From: Neocallimastix sp. 'constans'
Taxonomy: Eukaryota
Assembly (NCBI GenBank): GCA_050613775.1
Contig: JBODTK010000015.1
Span: forward strand, 682,001-746,000
DNA length: 64,000 nucleotides
Reading direction: 5' to 3'
Shown: positions 28,109 through 43,074 of the stretch, piece by piece
Layout: each line of letters starts with the position of its first letter
Numbering within the stretch: position 1 is the first letter of the stretch
Translations under genes and position numbers: made by a program
The notes under the pieces: model-generated
The model's database searches: none
Told to the model about the DNA's origin: nothing
Seen by the model: only the letters and a program-made list of their open reading frames with translations

Positions 28109-29613
28109 TTTTCATTATTATTCTTTTTTTTTTATTTGATATTCCCCCTTTTTACTTTTTTTTTTTTTAACTGTTTATATTTACATAATTATAGTATAAA
28201 TTAATTATTAAAAATAATTTTTTTTTTTTTTTTTTTAATTCTATTTTCCTTCAATAATAAAAAAGAAATAAAATAATAATACCGTTTCTACAAAATATAT
28301 TTTTTATTTTTATTTTTCATCAAAAAAAAAAAAAAAAAAAAAATTGTAAAAAGTATACAAACTCCTCTTTTTTTTTTTAATTTTTCTTTTTTATTTTTTA
28401 TTTTTTATTTTTTATTTTTTATTTTTTAATTACGAAAAAAGAAAATAATTTAATGAAAATTATTGCAAAATGAAAATAATAATAATAATAATAATAATTT
28501 ATAGCTAATAAAATACCTAAATATCAATAATAATAATTAAAAATAATAATAATTAAATAATTAATAAAAATTACATATTAAATTATTTTATTAAATACAA
28601 AACAAATGACAAAAATTTTATAATAGTCATAACTGAAAGTTTTTTTTTTTCGTTTTCACAAAGGTTGAACAAAATTTTGAAAATACAAAATAAATAGAGA
28701 GGAATAACAATTTTTAGTTTTAATAATAGTTATTATTACAATGATTATATATTAAGAAGATATAAATAAAGAATAAGTTTGAATAGTAGTAAAAAGATTC
28801 AATCAGAGATATGAAAGCTATATATCAATTAAAAATATTAAATATATATAGTAACCTTATTAAATCTATTATAAAAGATATAAAATATTATCATAAAAAC
28901 TGAATAAAAATTTGGTAGTAAAATAGAGTATACAATATAAGAAAATGTATATTTAATATATTCACATACATATATATATATGGAATAAGTACTTTTAGCA
29001 ATAAATAATTTATTCAACACATATGAAAATTATATATTAATTTAAAATAATTTTGAAAAAAAAATTAAATACTGTTATTTTATTAAAACTTGAAAAAGAA
29101 AAAAAAAAAAAGTTATTATCACAAAGCTAAATAAATATATTTGAATATAGAGTATGCATTAAAGTTTAATGCAAAAATTTAGTTATATTAATAATAATAA
29201 AAATTCCAATTACTATTAGTCAATGTATAAAGAGTTTAGATATAAAGAATCAGTATGAATAGCGATAAAAAGGTTTATTCAATTATAAATACCAAAAGTT
29301 AATTTTTATCATTATTTTTTATAAATATCTTGAATAAAAAAGGATATAATTATTTAATATTTTGTATATATATAATTATTTCACCAAAGTTTTTTTTTTT
29401 TTTTTTTTTTTATTTATTTATTTATTTATTTATTTTAAACATTACTTTTATTATCTTTATTTCTTTATTTCTTTATTCTTTTTTTTTTTTTTTTTTTTTT
29501 TTTTATTATTAATTTTGTGTGTGTGACTTAATTTTTCGAACATTGAAGTGTTTATTAGTTGAACGATGAGTTATTAAGAGTAATATAAGAGTAATATTGA
29601 TTTAAAAAGTCAG

Positions 29614-29668
<55 letters not shown>

Positions 29669-30003
29669 ACTGTATATAATATATATTAACTAAAATGCCT
29701 TTAAAGTTTACTAAAATTTTAATCAGATAAGGATAAACAAGGAAATTTTTGATGATAAACTTTTCAGTTTTTCATTCTTATTGTGTTAGGTGTAATGATT
29801 TGGAGTCTGATAATAGCAATAATAATAATAATAATAAATCAATAATGAACATAATGCACTATAATATACAATATATATACATCATTCAATTATAATAAAA
29901 TAGAGGCAACCAACTTTATAAAAAAAAAATAATAATAATAATAATAATTTTTTTAATAAAATAAAAATTTACTTAAAAGTCAATACTATAATCTAATTAA
30001 ATT

Positions 30004-30057
<54 letters not shown>

Positions 30058-31547
30058 TATTATATATCTTTTAAATATTAATTCCGAGAATCCTTTAGAT
30101 GATCGTTTTACCAAACTTTTGGCAAACTTTAATTTCTCGAGCCTTTTATAGAAAAGATTAGAAATAAAAAAGTTTTAATATTACTTTTTAATTTAAATTA
30201 ACATTAGAATTAATATAAAAGCATGATAAATTATTATATCCATTACTATATTCATACTATAAATAATTACAAAAAAAAAATGAAATGAAAATGATATACA
30301 GTTCAATATATTATATAATATATATACTTTCATATGAATTGTTTATATAACTTTAATATATTACATTACTTTATTATATAAATATATTATATTAAGCATT
30401 AAAGTTATATAAAGTAAAGCAATAAATAAAATATATATATATATATATAGTTAAACTTTTTTCCTATTTATTATATCTTGTACATATAAAGCATATGAAG
30501 CATAGATGATGTTTATATATTTATAAATATACATCTATGCATTATGTATTCTTAATTAAAAAAAATTAAGGTAAACAAAATTAATGAAATAATTAATAAG
30601 AAATATTAACAACAAGTTTAATTTGAAATGGATTTTAAAAAATAAAAAAATAAAACTTTCTATGGCATTTAAACTTTATATTCTATATATATCGTATATA
30701 TTATTTATAGCATATATATTATTTATACTGTATATATAATTTATACTATATATTATTTATAATTATATATATAATTTCTATATTACTTATATCTATATAG
30801 AACCATAATTAATGCTATTTGAAGTTTCTTAGACTCAAAATTGTCTCCAATATCAATATCTATTTAATCTTATTTTTATTCTTAATAATTTTTATTTTTA
30901 TTATTATTATTTGTTTGTTTGTTTGTTTTGGTTTGTTTTATCTCTTTTCTTATTTACTAATATGGGTATGAATATTATCGGAGAGAAAGAATAATAAATA
31001 ATTAGAAATTTTTAATCATTAATTAAAATCAATGAATAAAAAAAATTTAAATCAAATTAAATTAAACGAACAATTAAGATAGATAAAAAAGCAATATCAA
31101 TGAGCATAACTGGTTATAATTTAATTAATAATAATTATTAGTATCTGTAGTAAAAAGAGTATAAAGAAATAGCTTTTATCTTTTCGAGCCATGAAGGCAA
31201 TATTAAAATACTTCAAAGTAAAGCAACTTCATTATCATTTGATTAATTATAATATAGAAAAATACCCATGAAAAACAAAGGATAAATATTTAATTTTTTT
31301 ATTGATTTCGTATAAGCAAAATATTATTATTGTTTAAGCAGCTATCGATGTTTAATTAAATCAATGAAATCAAATAATAGAATAATAGGTTTATTTGTTT
31401 TAAATAATCATTAATTAAAAAATATATATACCAATGAATATTCATATATTTTATTTTATTCTTATTTTTTGTTATTATTATTGTAAATATTTTTTTATTT
31501 TTATTGATTTTTACATTTTTATTTTTAATACATATAATAATTAAAAC

Positions 31548-31585
<38 letters not shown>

Positions 31586-34500
31586 TTTCCAAGCATTCAT
31601 TTAAACCAATAAAGCCAATAATTAATTGATTTCATTGATTTTGATTTAAATTTTAATTTAATTTAATATTGTAGAAAGAAATAGCCAAAAAATTCATCCT
31701 GAAAATTTATTAAAAATAAAATAATAGTAATAAAAATAATAATAATAAAATAAAAAAAAAATTATATTTGATTTCATTGATTTAATTTAACAAAATAAAA
31801 AGAGAGAGAATAGAAAAAACTGAGAATAAAAAAATAAAAAAAAAATATATATATATATATATGAGATATTATTAAATATATAAAAAATTAACAATACACA
31901 TAAATATATATACTTTCTTAACTACAAATTAAAATTTTAATGACTATATAGAATGGAAGAAAAAAAAATAATACTAATAAAATTGAATTATATTATTTAT
32001 TATTTTTTATTATTATTTATTATTATTTATTATTATTTATTATTTATTATTTATTATTTATTATTTATTATTTATTATTTATTATTTATTATTATTTATT
32101 TATTATTTATTATTTATTATTATTTATTTACTATTTAATAGAATAATATTTAATATTGACTATTTATTATTTACTATTTATTAATTAATACTCTTTTTAT
32201 TATTTATTATTCAATTATTTATTATTTATTATTTATTATTTATTATTTATTATTTATTATTCAATTATTTATTATTTATTATTTATTATTTATTATTTAT
32301 TAATAAATACTTTTTTTATTATTCATTATTTATTATTTATTATTCAATTATTTTTATGTAATGTTTAGCAAAATAATTTATATTAATAATTAAAGTTTTT
32401 ATTTTTATTTTATATCAAATTTTAATCAATAATAAAAAGTAATTTATTTTTAATTATGAGTAATTTATGTCAATTCAATTCAAATTGATTTACCTATTCT
32501 AAAAAGAGAAAAAAAGATAAAAATATTAAATGATCATATGTGGCGTAGAAATTATTGCTTCATAATCACACTATTTAAAATGATGAACATTAATTAAAAT
32601 AGTTGGCTAAAATATTTATAATGTTTAACCTTTTTTTTTTTGATGTTTAAATTTTTTTGTCTACCATTTCATTTAGTTGAAAAATGTCTCCTTTTTTTCC
32701 CCACTAACAACTTTGTTTATTATTACAGTTAATTAAAAATTTAATCTATTTTAATCTATTCAATAATAATAATATGTAAAGGTTAGGTTTTATTATCTTT
32801 TTTTTTTTTTTTTTTGGTTAAGTATGGGATGAAAAGTGTTATTTAATTAATTTTTATAAAATAAATGAAATATCGAATAGTTTTTAATTTTTTTATTCTT
32901 TCTTAATTAATTAATTAATTAGTACATATATAGATCAATTCATTTGTTTATTTTACATACACATAAATAGATTAAAGATAGCACCTATGAACTAAATTAA
33001 CAAAATAATAATAATAATAATAATAATAAAAGTAAATATATAAAAAAATAAACAAATGATATGTAAATAAAATAAAATAAAAAGTAAACAGTAAAATAAA
33101 TTTTTATAATGCCATTAAATATTAATGATTAAAGATATCATGTATAGCATTTTTAAATTTCTAATTCAATCTATTCCTATTTTATAATATGGAAAAAGTA
33201 TGAATGAAGAGTAAAAAAAAAAAAAATAATTAATAGTATAAATAAAATAATATGAAATAATATGAAATAAAAATAAATTGCAATCAAAGAAAGAATATAA
33301 AATTATTTTCGTATGATATGTGTTGAACATTTAAAGTTGTTTTTCCATCATATTCTATAAGCAATCTGAAATGCTTTTTTTTTTTTTTTAATGGCTTTCT
33401 ACAATTAACAATTGCCTATAAATATAAATATTAAATATATAAATACAAAATACAAAATATAAATATTAAATATATAAATATATAAATACAAAATATAAAT
33501 AATATATAAATATTAAATATATAAATATATAAATATTAAATATAAATATTAAATATTAAATATATAAATATAAATTCAATAATAAATTTAAATTTATTAT
33601 TGAATTTATTAAAAAATATAAATTATTATTTATAAAAAATATAAATTATACTGGATTAAATTGGGAAAATTCTAATAATTAAAAGTAATTTAAAACTAAT
33701 TATTAGTTTCCTTTAATAAAGGTCACATTATCATTATCAATTCCCAGTTTAGATTAGTTTTTATATATATTTAATAAGTAATAATTAATTAATCAATAAA
33801 TATTTATTTATTTTTTATTTATTTCTTGTTTCTTTTGTTTCTCTTATTAATTTGATATATAACCATAAATAAATAAATAAATATAAATAAATAAATAAAT
33901 ATAAATAAATAAATATAAATAAATGAGTGAATAAATAAATAAAAGTAAATGAATCACCAAAAAATTTTTTTAATTAATACCGTATATAACCATATTAAAC
34001 CGAAAAGAATGGCCATATAAGGCAATAATCCCAATTAAACCATCTAATTTGAATAATTAAATCAGGATAACTGAATATGTTATAATATTTTAGTTCGATG
34101 TAATTATAGAAACAAAACAAAACAAAATAAAAAATTAAAAAATGTTTATCTATAAAAATAGAAAATTAAAAAATTAAATATTTCATACTTATTATTTTAT
34201 TTTATTTTATTTAATCTCATATTCATTCTTTTCTTTTCTATTTTATTTTCCTTTATCTCATATTCATTCTTTTCTATTCTATTTTATTTTATTTTCCTTT
34301 ATCTCATATTCATTCTTTTTTATTATATTTATTTTATTTTATTCATTCTTTTCTATTATGTTTTATTTTATTGTTAACTTTTTTTTTATTTAATTGTTTT
34401 ATTTTAAAATAAAATAAGATTTATTAAAACTTTATTTATTATTTAATTAATATATGTTATATCTATAGGACTGTATATTACTGTATATTGAGTCTCAATT

Positions 34501-34839
34501 GAATTTAATTAAATTTTGAACATATGAAATAGAAATAGAGAGAATAAAAAAAAATCAAAAAATATTAAAAAATAAAAAATAAAAATTAATTAAAATTGGT
34601 TTTTATAATAAAATTAATAGTTAAAATAAATAATTAAAAAATAATTAAATTTTAATATTTAACTTCATCATAATAATCATAATCATGTCATAAACATCCA
34701 TTTTTATCTATCTGTTTATTTATTTATTTATTTATTTATTTGTTTATTTATTTATTTATTTGTTTATTTATTTGTTTATTTGTTTATTTATTAAAAGAAA
34801 AATTAGTAAGAATATAAATCAAAAAAAAAATTTTTTTCA

Positions 34840-34863
34840 TATAAATAGAAAAGATTTTTTCTC
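34840..34863 (+). promoter_or_regulatory. Putative TATA box plus pyrimidine (initiator-like) element, GH43 copy 1
   Basis: TATAAA at 34840 and TTTCTC 18 nt later; the same arrangement precedes GH43 copy 2 and xylA. Confidence 0.5.
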
Positions 34864-34929
34864 ATAAAAATAATTTTTTTTTTCATCATTAATTACGTAT
34901 ATATTTAAAAATATATAATATATAAAAAA

Positions 34930-35910
34930 ATGGCTAGTATTCAAAAGATTCCTTTAGTTACTGACACTTACACCGCTGATCCATCTGCTCACGTCTTCAA
35001 CGGTAAAATTTACATTTACCCATCCCACGATCGTGATATCGAAACCATCGATAACGATAATGGTGATCAATATGATATGAAGGATTACCACGTCTATGAA
35101 ATGGACGATGAAAACACTCTTCCACGTGACTGTGGTAAGGTTTTAGATATTGCTGACATCCCATGGGTTTCCAAGCAACTTTGGGCTCCAGATTGTGCCG
35201 AAAAGGATGGAAAGTACTACTTCTTCTATCCAGCTCGTGATAAGGAAGGTTTCTTCCGTATTGGTGTTGCTATTGGTGACAAGCCAGGAGGTCCATTCAA
35301 GCCAGAACCAAACTACATTCAAGGTACCTACAGTATTGATCCATGTATCTTCCCAGATACTGACAAGAACTACTACCTTACTTTCGGTGGTATTTGGGGT
35401 GGTCAACTTGACAAGTACCGTAACAATGTTTACGATGAAAAGAACGAAGAACCAACCGGTGAAACTCCAGCTGTCTGTGCTAAGATTGCCAAGATGAACC
35501 CAGACATGAAGACTCTTGCCGAAGCTCCACGTGATATTGTTATTTTAGATGAAAACGGTAAGCCACTTGCCGGTAAGGATCACGACAGACGTTACTTTGA
35601 AGATCCATGGCTCTACAAGAAGGGTGACACCTACTACTTCACCTACTCCACTGGTGATACTCACTTCTTATGTTGGTCTACCAGTAAGAACGTTTACGGT
35701 CCATACACCTACGGTGGTAAGATCTTAACTCCAGTTCTTGGTTGGACTTCTCACCACTCTATTCTTGAATACCACGGTAAGTGGTGGTTATTCTACCACG
35801 ATTGTGAAATTTCCAAGGGAGTTAACCACAAGCGTAATGTTAAGTTCAGAGAACTTAAGTATGATGACAAGGGTGGAATTATTACTATGGATGGTACTTT
35901 AGGTGCTTAA
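34930..35910 (+). CDS. GH43 (probably subfamily 1) beta-xylosidase/alpha-L-arabinofuranosidase, copy 1, intronless, no signal peptide or dockerin
   Basis: 326 aa. Motifs TADPSAHVF...YIYPSHD (general base), QLWAPD, SIDP (pKa modulator), YFEDPW (general acid) and GWTSHHS resemble Bacteroidetes Xsa/XynB-type enzymes. Confidence 0.93.
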   Translation: MASIQKIPLVTDTYTADPSAHVFNGKIYIYPSHDRDIETIDNDNGDQYDMKDYHVYEMDDENTLPRDCGKVLDIADIPWVSKQLWAPDCAEKDGKYYFFYPARDKEGFFRIGVAIGDKPGGPFKPEPNYIQGTYSIDPCIFPDTDKNYYLTFGGIWGGQLDKYRNNVYDEKNEEPTGETPAVCAKIAKMNPDMKTLAEAPRDIVILDENGKPLAGKDHDRRYFEDPWLYKKGDTYYFTYSTGDTHFLCWSTSKNVYGPYTYGGKILTPVLGWTSHHSILEYHGKWWLFYHDCEISKGVNHKRNVKFRELKYDDKGGIITMDGTLGA

Positions 35911-36025
35911 ATGAAAATGAATGAATGAAATATAAAATAAGCTGACTTTGCTCTGTATAAAAATAAAAAATTAAAAACTTTTGAATATATATGTTTATTA
36001 TTCTTATTTTTAATTTGTATATAAA

Positions 36026-36068
<43 letters not shown>

Positions 36069-36121
36069 AAGAATAATTTATTTTTCAATAGATCGTTTTA
36101 TATTGGAAAAAAATAAACTTT

Positions 36122-36152
<31 letters not shown>

Positions 36153-38704
36153 CTTAGATCATTAAAAAACGAATAAACGTTTTTAATACTTTTATTATGA
36201 GAAAGAAAAATAATAAAAAAAAAAAGGTCAATAAAATAACCAATATTTTTTATAATTATTTTTAATTTGTAATAGAAGTAGAATACATGTAAATATGTCA
36301 AATTTTAATTTAACATATATATATAATTAAAGAATTTTATACAAGTTAAATAATAAAAGTAGAAGAAAAAAATCTTGTATAATTCTATCGAATAATTCAA
36401 TGTATTAAATATATATTGAATAATTTTTAAAAAAAAAATAATAATAAAGCAAATAAATATAAAAAAATAAAATTTTTATTTTGTATATTTTAACTAAATT
36501 TTTCAATAGGGTGTCTTTTTTTTATATTCTTTGATATATAAAAATTAAAAAAAAAAAAAAATAAAAAAAAGAAAGAGGATTTATTATTTAATTATTTAAT
36601 TTGATATTAATGTAAAAACAATGATTTTATTTTCATTTTAATTACTTATTATTATTAATTTAATTATTTATTTCGTAAACCCCTCAGGAATGTATCATCT
36701 TCTAATGAGGTTTACTGAGGAGGAAAGATCATTTTTAATAACTTAAAATTATTAAAAAAAAAAAAAAAAAAAAAAAGGAAATACTAAACAATTCAAATTT
36801 TTTCTTTTTCCTCGGGAATCGTGGAAAAAGAAAATTAATCATTTCATACCGGATAATAACAATACAAGATGCTTATAGAATCATCAATTCAATGTTCCAT
36901 TTTTTTTTTTTTTTTTTTCAATCTTTGATTAAAAATTTCTTTATTTTTTTTTTATATTTATATATTTTTTATTTATTATTTATTATTCCATTATTCAATT
37001 ATTTATTATTTATTATTTTTTATTTATTATTTATTATTCAATTATTTATTATTTTTTTAATATTTATTATTCAATTATTTATTATTTATTATTCAATTAT
37101 TTACTATTCAATTATTTATTATTTATTATTCAATTATTTATTATTCAATTATTTATTATTTATTATTCAATTATTTATTATTCAATTATTTATTATTTAT
37201 TATTCAATTATTTATTATTCAATTATTTATTATTCCATTATTAATTATTTATTATTCCATTATTAATTATTTATTATTCCATTATTTATTATACATTTTT
37301 TTTTTTTTATATAAAATCTCTATGTTAAATATTTAATAAATAAATATTTACCAAACTTTAAATTTAAAAGTTAAAATCTTTAACGTATTAATATATATAA
37401 AATTATTAAAATGATATTTAAAACAATCATCATCCATATTATATTAATTTATAGATTTCGAATTTTAACAAATAAATAAAATAAAATAAAATAAAATAAA
37501 AAATAAAATAAAATTAACGAATAATATAAATTTGAATTAAATTAAAAATCTATATTTATTTATTAAATATTATTTATTTATTTATTTATTTATTTAATAT
37601 TTATTTATTAATTTACTTTACTGTCACATGTTGTATTAAAAAATGTATCATTCATTTAATTATTTATTAATAAAATAAAATAAAATAAAAAAAAAAAATT
37701 CGATGAAAAAAAGTCTCCCTTTTTATTTATTTATTTTAAATTAAAAAATTAACCTTTTCTAAATCTAAAGATAAAAAAGATGAAATGAAATATAAATTAA
37801 TTTATACTTTTATTTATTTATTTATTTATTTATTTATCATTTATATATTTATTAATCATTTATATATTTAAAAAAATAATATGTTTAATTCTAATTAAGC
37901 ATCTTTATTTAACATTTTTACAAAAAAAATAAATAAATAAATAAAAAAAGAGAAGATCGATCTATTATAATATATGAATTTTCCTTGATTTTATTCATTA
38001 TTTCTAATACTAAATTGTTTATATATATATATTTTAAATATGAAATATTTTATTAATATCGAAATAAACCCAAAGTAGATTAAATCTCATAAAAGTTTAT
38101 TTGTTTTTTTTAAAAAAAAAAAAGTCATAACTAAAATTATTATAATCTAACCTATTTTTTTATCCAATTTTAGGTAGAATTATATTTCTAAAGATTAGTT
38201 TTTTTTTTTTTTTTATCTTCTAGGTTATATTATTGAATACTTTTTGATTTAAAGTATTTACTACATATTATTATTATTAACTATTTATAAACAGTGCCTT
38301 CTTATTTCGATTTTTATTATTAATCATTCTAAACAATTATATTTAATATAAATAGAAAAACATAATAGAAAAAAGAAAAAGAAAATAAGAATAAATAAGA
38401 TCATAAATATAATTTATTCAAAAATTTATCATTTTATATATGAAAATTATATAGTCTATTATTATTTTATTATAATTTTTTGTCGTAATAATTTTATTAT
38501 ATATATGTTATAGTTTTTTTTTTGTTTTTTTTTGTTTTTTTTTGTTTTGTTTTTTTAAAATAGATAATTAGTTATTTATCCGCCATCCATAAATCTTTTA
38601 CACAAAACTATCTCTAGAATATTTTCATTTTAAAATTTTATTATTCTCAACAAAAATATATATATATATTGATTTATATATACATCCAACTTCATAGTTA
38701 TAGA

Positions 38705-38738
<34 letters not shown>

Positions 38739-39031
38739 GTAAATTAATGTAAAGTGTTAATTTTATACAAAAATTATATTCTATTTCTTTACTTTATATA
38801 TTAAAAAAAATATATATATATATAAAATTAAAAAAAAAAAAAAAGAGAAAAAAAGTATAACAATATTTAAATAACCTCTAACACTAACTTAATCCTCATT
38901 TTAAATCTAGAAAATAAAAAAAAAGGGAAAGAAATGTAATGGTATATTTTTATTTATAATAATAATAAAATTACATGATTTAAATGAAAAATAAAATACA
39001 TGATATAAAATATTCTATATTATATAATTAT

Positions 39032-39069
39032 AAAAGTGCGTTAGAAGCAATAGTTTCTAACGCATTTTT
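39032..39069 (+). other. Isolated stem-loop
   Basis: AAAAG-TGCGTTAGAA-GC-AATA-GT-TTCTAACGCA-TTTTT. Confidence 0.6.
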
Positions 39070-41023
39070 TCATATATTAATTATGCATAATCTATTCACC
39101 TCATTTTTTTTTATTCAAACGAATATATTATTATCTATTGTTATTAATTATTATTATTAATTATTATTTATAATTATTACCTATTATTATTACCTATTAT
39201 TATTATTATTTATATAATTAATGAACTATCAATCAAAAATTATATGGATTAATTCTAGTTAATGTGGATTATTCATATTAGATAAGTTATTTATGATTAA
39301 TAAAAAAAAAAACCTGTCATTGAAATAAATAAATAAAATTAATTAAATTAAATAAATAATGAAATAAATAAAATTAAATGAAATAAATAAATGAAATAAA
39401 TAATATTAAATAAATAATATTATTATCTAATAATAATAATAATAATATAAATAGAGAATCTTTATTCATTTCAAAAATAAATAAATAAATAAATAAAATA
39501 ATACATATTTTTATTTAACTTAATCAAATCCAAGAATGGATCATGTGATATGTCTCTATTTCAAAATTTATATTATTTGGACAAAAGGGAGAAATTTTAT
39601 ATTTATGAATTCATTTAATATTTTATTAATTATTCCATAATTAAAAAAAAGATAGCATAAAAAAAAATAATAATAATAATTTTTAGGCAAAGAATTTATC
39701 CATTGGCATCATAATAAATAATAAATAATAAATAATAAAAAGAGTATTTATTAATAAATAATAAATAATAAAAAGAGTATTTATTAATAAATAATAAATA
39801 ATAAATAAATAAAAAGAGTATTTATTAATAAATAATAAATAATAAATAATAAAAAGAGTATTTATTAATAAATAATAAATAATAAATAATAAATAATAAA
39901 TAATAAAAAAAGTATTTATTAATTAATAATAAATAAATAATTGAATAATATAAATAATAAAAGTAATATTTTTTTTTTACTTTAGTAATATATGAAATAA
40001 AAAAAAAAAAAAAAAGTTATATTAAATCATGAGAAGAAAATCATCCAAAAAAAAAAAATTAACAAATGAAAATGGGCTAAAATTTAAATATTTACTATAA
40101 AGGAAATCATTAAAAATAATAATATAATAATAATAATTAAATATTAATAATTAAATGAATAATAATATATATTTATTATTTATTATTTATTATTTAATAT
40201 TTATTTATCTATTATCTATTATATATGAAGTGGACCTGATTTCCACTTTTTTTCCAATGAAATAATTTTTTTTTTCTTTTTTTTTTTTTTTAAAGTAATA
40301 ATAATAATAATAATAATAAGAGATAAATCGATGAATTTTCATTGAATTGAATGGTCGACGATTGGGGAACAGTTATCAAATGACCTTAAATTAATATAAA
40401 AAAATAATTAATTAATATAAAAAATAATTAATTAATAAAATTTGGCTTATGTAAATAAATAAATAATAAAATATTAAAACAAAAAAATAAAAAAAAAAGA
40501 ATATGAATAATGAAATATAACTATTATTCAATTATTTATTATTTATTATTTATTAATAAAAACTCTTTTTATATTCTTTTTATTATTTATTATGTATTAT
40601 TTATTATGTATTATTTATTATTTATTATTTATTATTTAATATATATTATTTATTATTTATTAATAAAAACGCTTTTTATTATTTATTATTTATTAATAAA
40701 AACGCTTTTTATTCTTTTTATTATTTATTATTTCATTATTTTTTTTATATTTTATTTTTTTTTTTATTTCATTATTATTTTATAATATTAAACACTAATT
40801 TTTTGATATTGTTTTTGTTTTTGTTTTTTATTTTTGTTTTTAATTTGTTTATTTTTATGGTTTAATTTATTTTATTAATGTACGTGTAAACTTCAGCTAA
40901 TACAAATAATCCATGTCATCATTTTTTCAAAGGTTAATTAATAAAGGTGTCAGGGCATTTTTTAATTCGATAATATCTATTAAGATCTTTCCATAGAATA
41001 ATATATAAATAAAATAAAAATAA

Positions 41024-41054
<31 letters not shown>

Positions 41055-42368
41055 ATATTTCATTTTTAATTTCATTTTTTAATTTCATTATTAAAAGATC
41101 ATCATGAATTTCACAAACTTCTAATAATTAAAAGTAGTTTTGATGTTTTCTCTACATATTATAGATTGGATTAATATATTGTTAATATATATGATAATTT
41201 AAAAAAAATTATCTAAAAAAAAAAATACAATATACAATATACTATATATATTATATATACTATACAATATATATTTATTTATATATTTAGTTATTTAGTT
41301 ATTTAGTTATATATAATTTTATTTGATTTTTTTAATTTTTTAAATGTTATTCCATTTTTTGTGTAAACAAAATCTAAATTAAAAATTTTTAATAAATTTT
41401 AATATTATTTGTATTCATTATTATTTTTGTACAACAAAAACTAAAAATTAAATAAAAATAAATAGAAAAAAAAAAGATTTATTGTTAATATACATGTACA
41501 TTATTACAGATATAATATAATATAGAGTAGACTACAATAGAATATAGAATAATAATTCCAATATAATTTAATATAAAAAATTGTGTTATGTTACAATAGT
41601 TATCATCATCATTAAATTAGAAAATTTATTTATCTTTATATGTAATACTATATTAAAATTTAAATAATAATAATAAAAAAATGTTAAATTCTTTTTATAT
41701 AATATTAATCTATTAATATTTGATATTTGATATTGTCACCAAATTTAATATATTTCATAGGATACAATTTAAGAAGAAAAAAAAAGATTTATTAATTTAT
41801 TCAAACTTGAAAGCCGTCAAATCGATAAAAAAAAAAAAAAAAGAACTTGGAGACTTTTAAATTTCAAGGAGTGAATAAATAAATAGATAAATTTATTTAT
41901 TACTATTATTAATTGTATTATTATTAATTGTATTATTATTATTTTATCAATATTTATTACTATTATTACTATTATTATTTATTAATTTACACAAACAAAA
42001 AATGAATATAAAAAAAAAAGATAAAATCATAACTTAAATGGGAAATATCATTAATATCAATACTCTTTTTTTTTTTTTTAACATATATATTTTTTCATTA
42101 ATTAAATTATATATATGGTCAATATTAAAATATAAATGATTTGTGGATGAATTTTGTTTCAATGAACACAAATAATTATTAATTATTAATTAAAAAATAT
42201 AATTATTATTATTATTATAATATAACATATAATATTTATTATTTAATTATTTAATTATTAATTAATTATTTTAAGTTTTTTTTTTTTTTTTTTATCATAA
42301 CATTATCATAAATAAAAGCAAACATATATAAGACACAGATTTTTTGTTATATATAATTATATATTATA

Positions 42369-42402
<34 letters not shown>

Positions 42403-43041
42403 TTTTTAATTATTTCAAAAAAAAAAAAAAAAAAAAAATTTATGGTCAACATCTATCAATAGACATTATTTTATTTAATTAAAAATAATTTATTATTACT
42501 ATTATTTATTATGTTGTTGATTGTTGACTGTTTACTATTATTAATTTACTAGTATATCAATTTTAATTTGAATTAAATAATAATAATAATAATGGTATTA
42601 TTATTATTATTATAAATATTATTATTACTTGTTATTGAACTAAAACAATATTTTCAATTATTTATTTTTTAATATTTTATATTTTATTAATAGAGGAGAG
42701 GATTATGTATGATTGTTTTTTTGTTTTTTTTTTTCTTTGTTTTTTTCTAAACTTTTTTTTAATTATTTTTATTTTAATTATTTATTATTCTAATGATCGT
42801 CTATCAAAATTGATCCCCATAAAATAAGAAAATAATAGAAATGAAATAAAAATTAAAATAAAATAAAATAAAATAAAATAAATAAATAATTTATTTATCT
42901 ATTTTTAATTAATTAATTAATTATTTCAATTAAATGTATTAAAATCATAAATAAGTAAATAAATGGATAGTTAAATAAATCAAATTTAATATCATATCAT
43001 TATAATTTATCTGGGAATAATCACTTTGGAACTTGACTTTA

Positions 43042-43074
<33 letters not shown>

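Noticed and set aside
29155..30541. Palindromes TGCATTAAAGTTTAATGCA (~29155) and GCATAGATG...CATCTATGC (~30500)
   Set aside because: Short inverted repeats are expected in such AT-rich DNA, and there is no supporting context.
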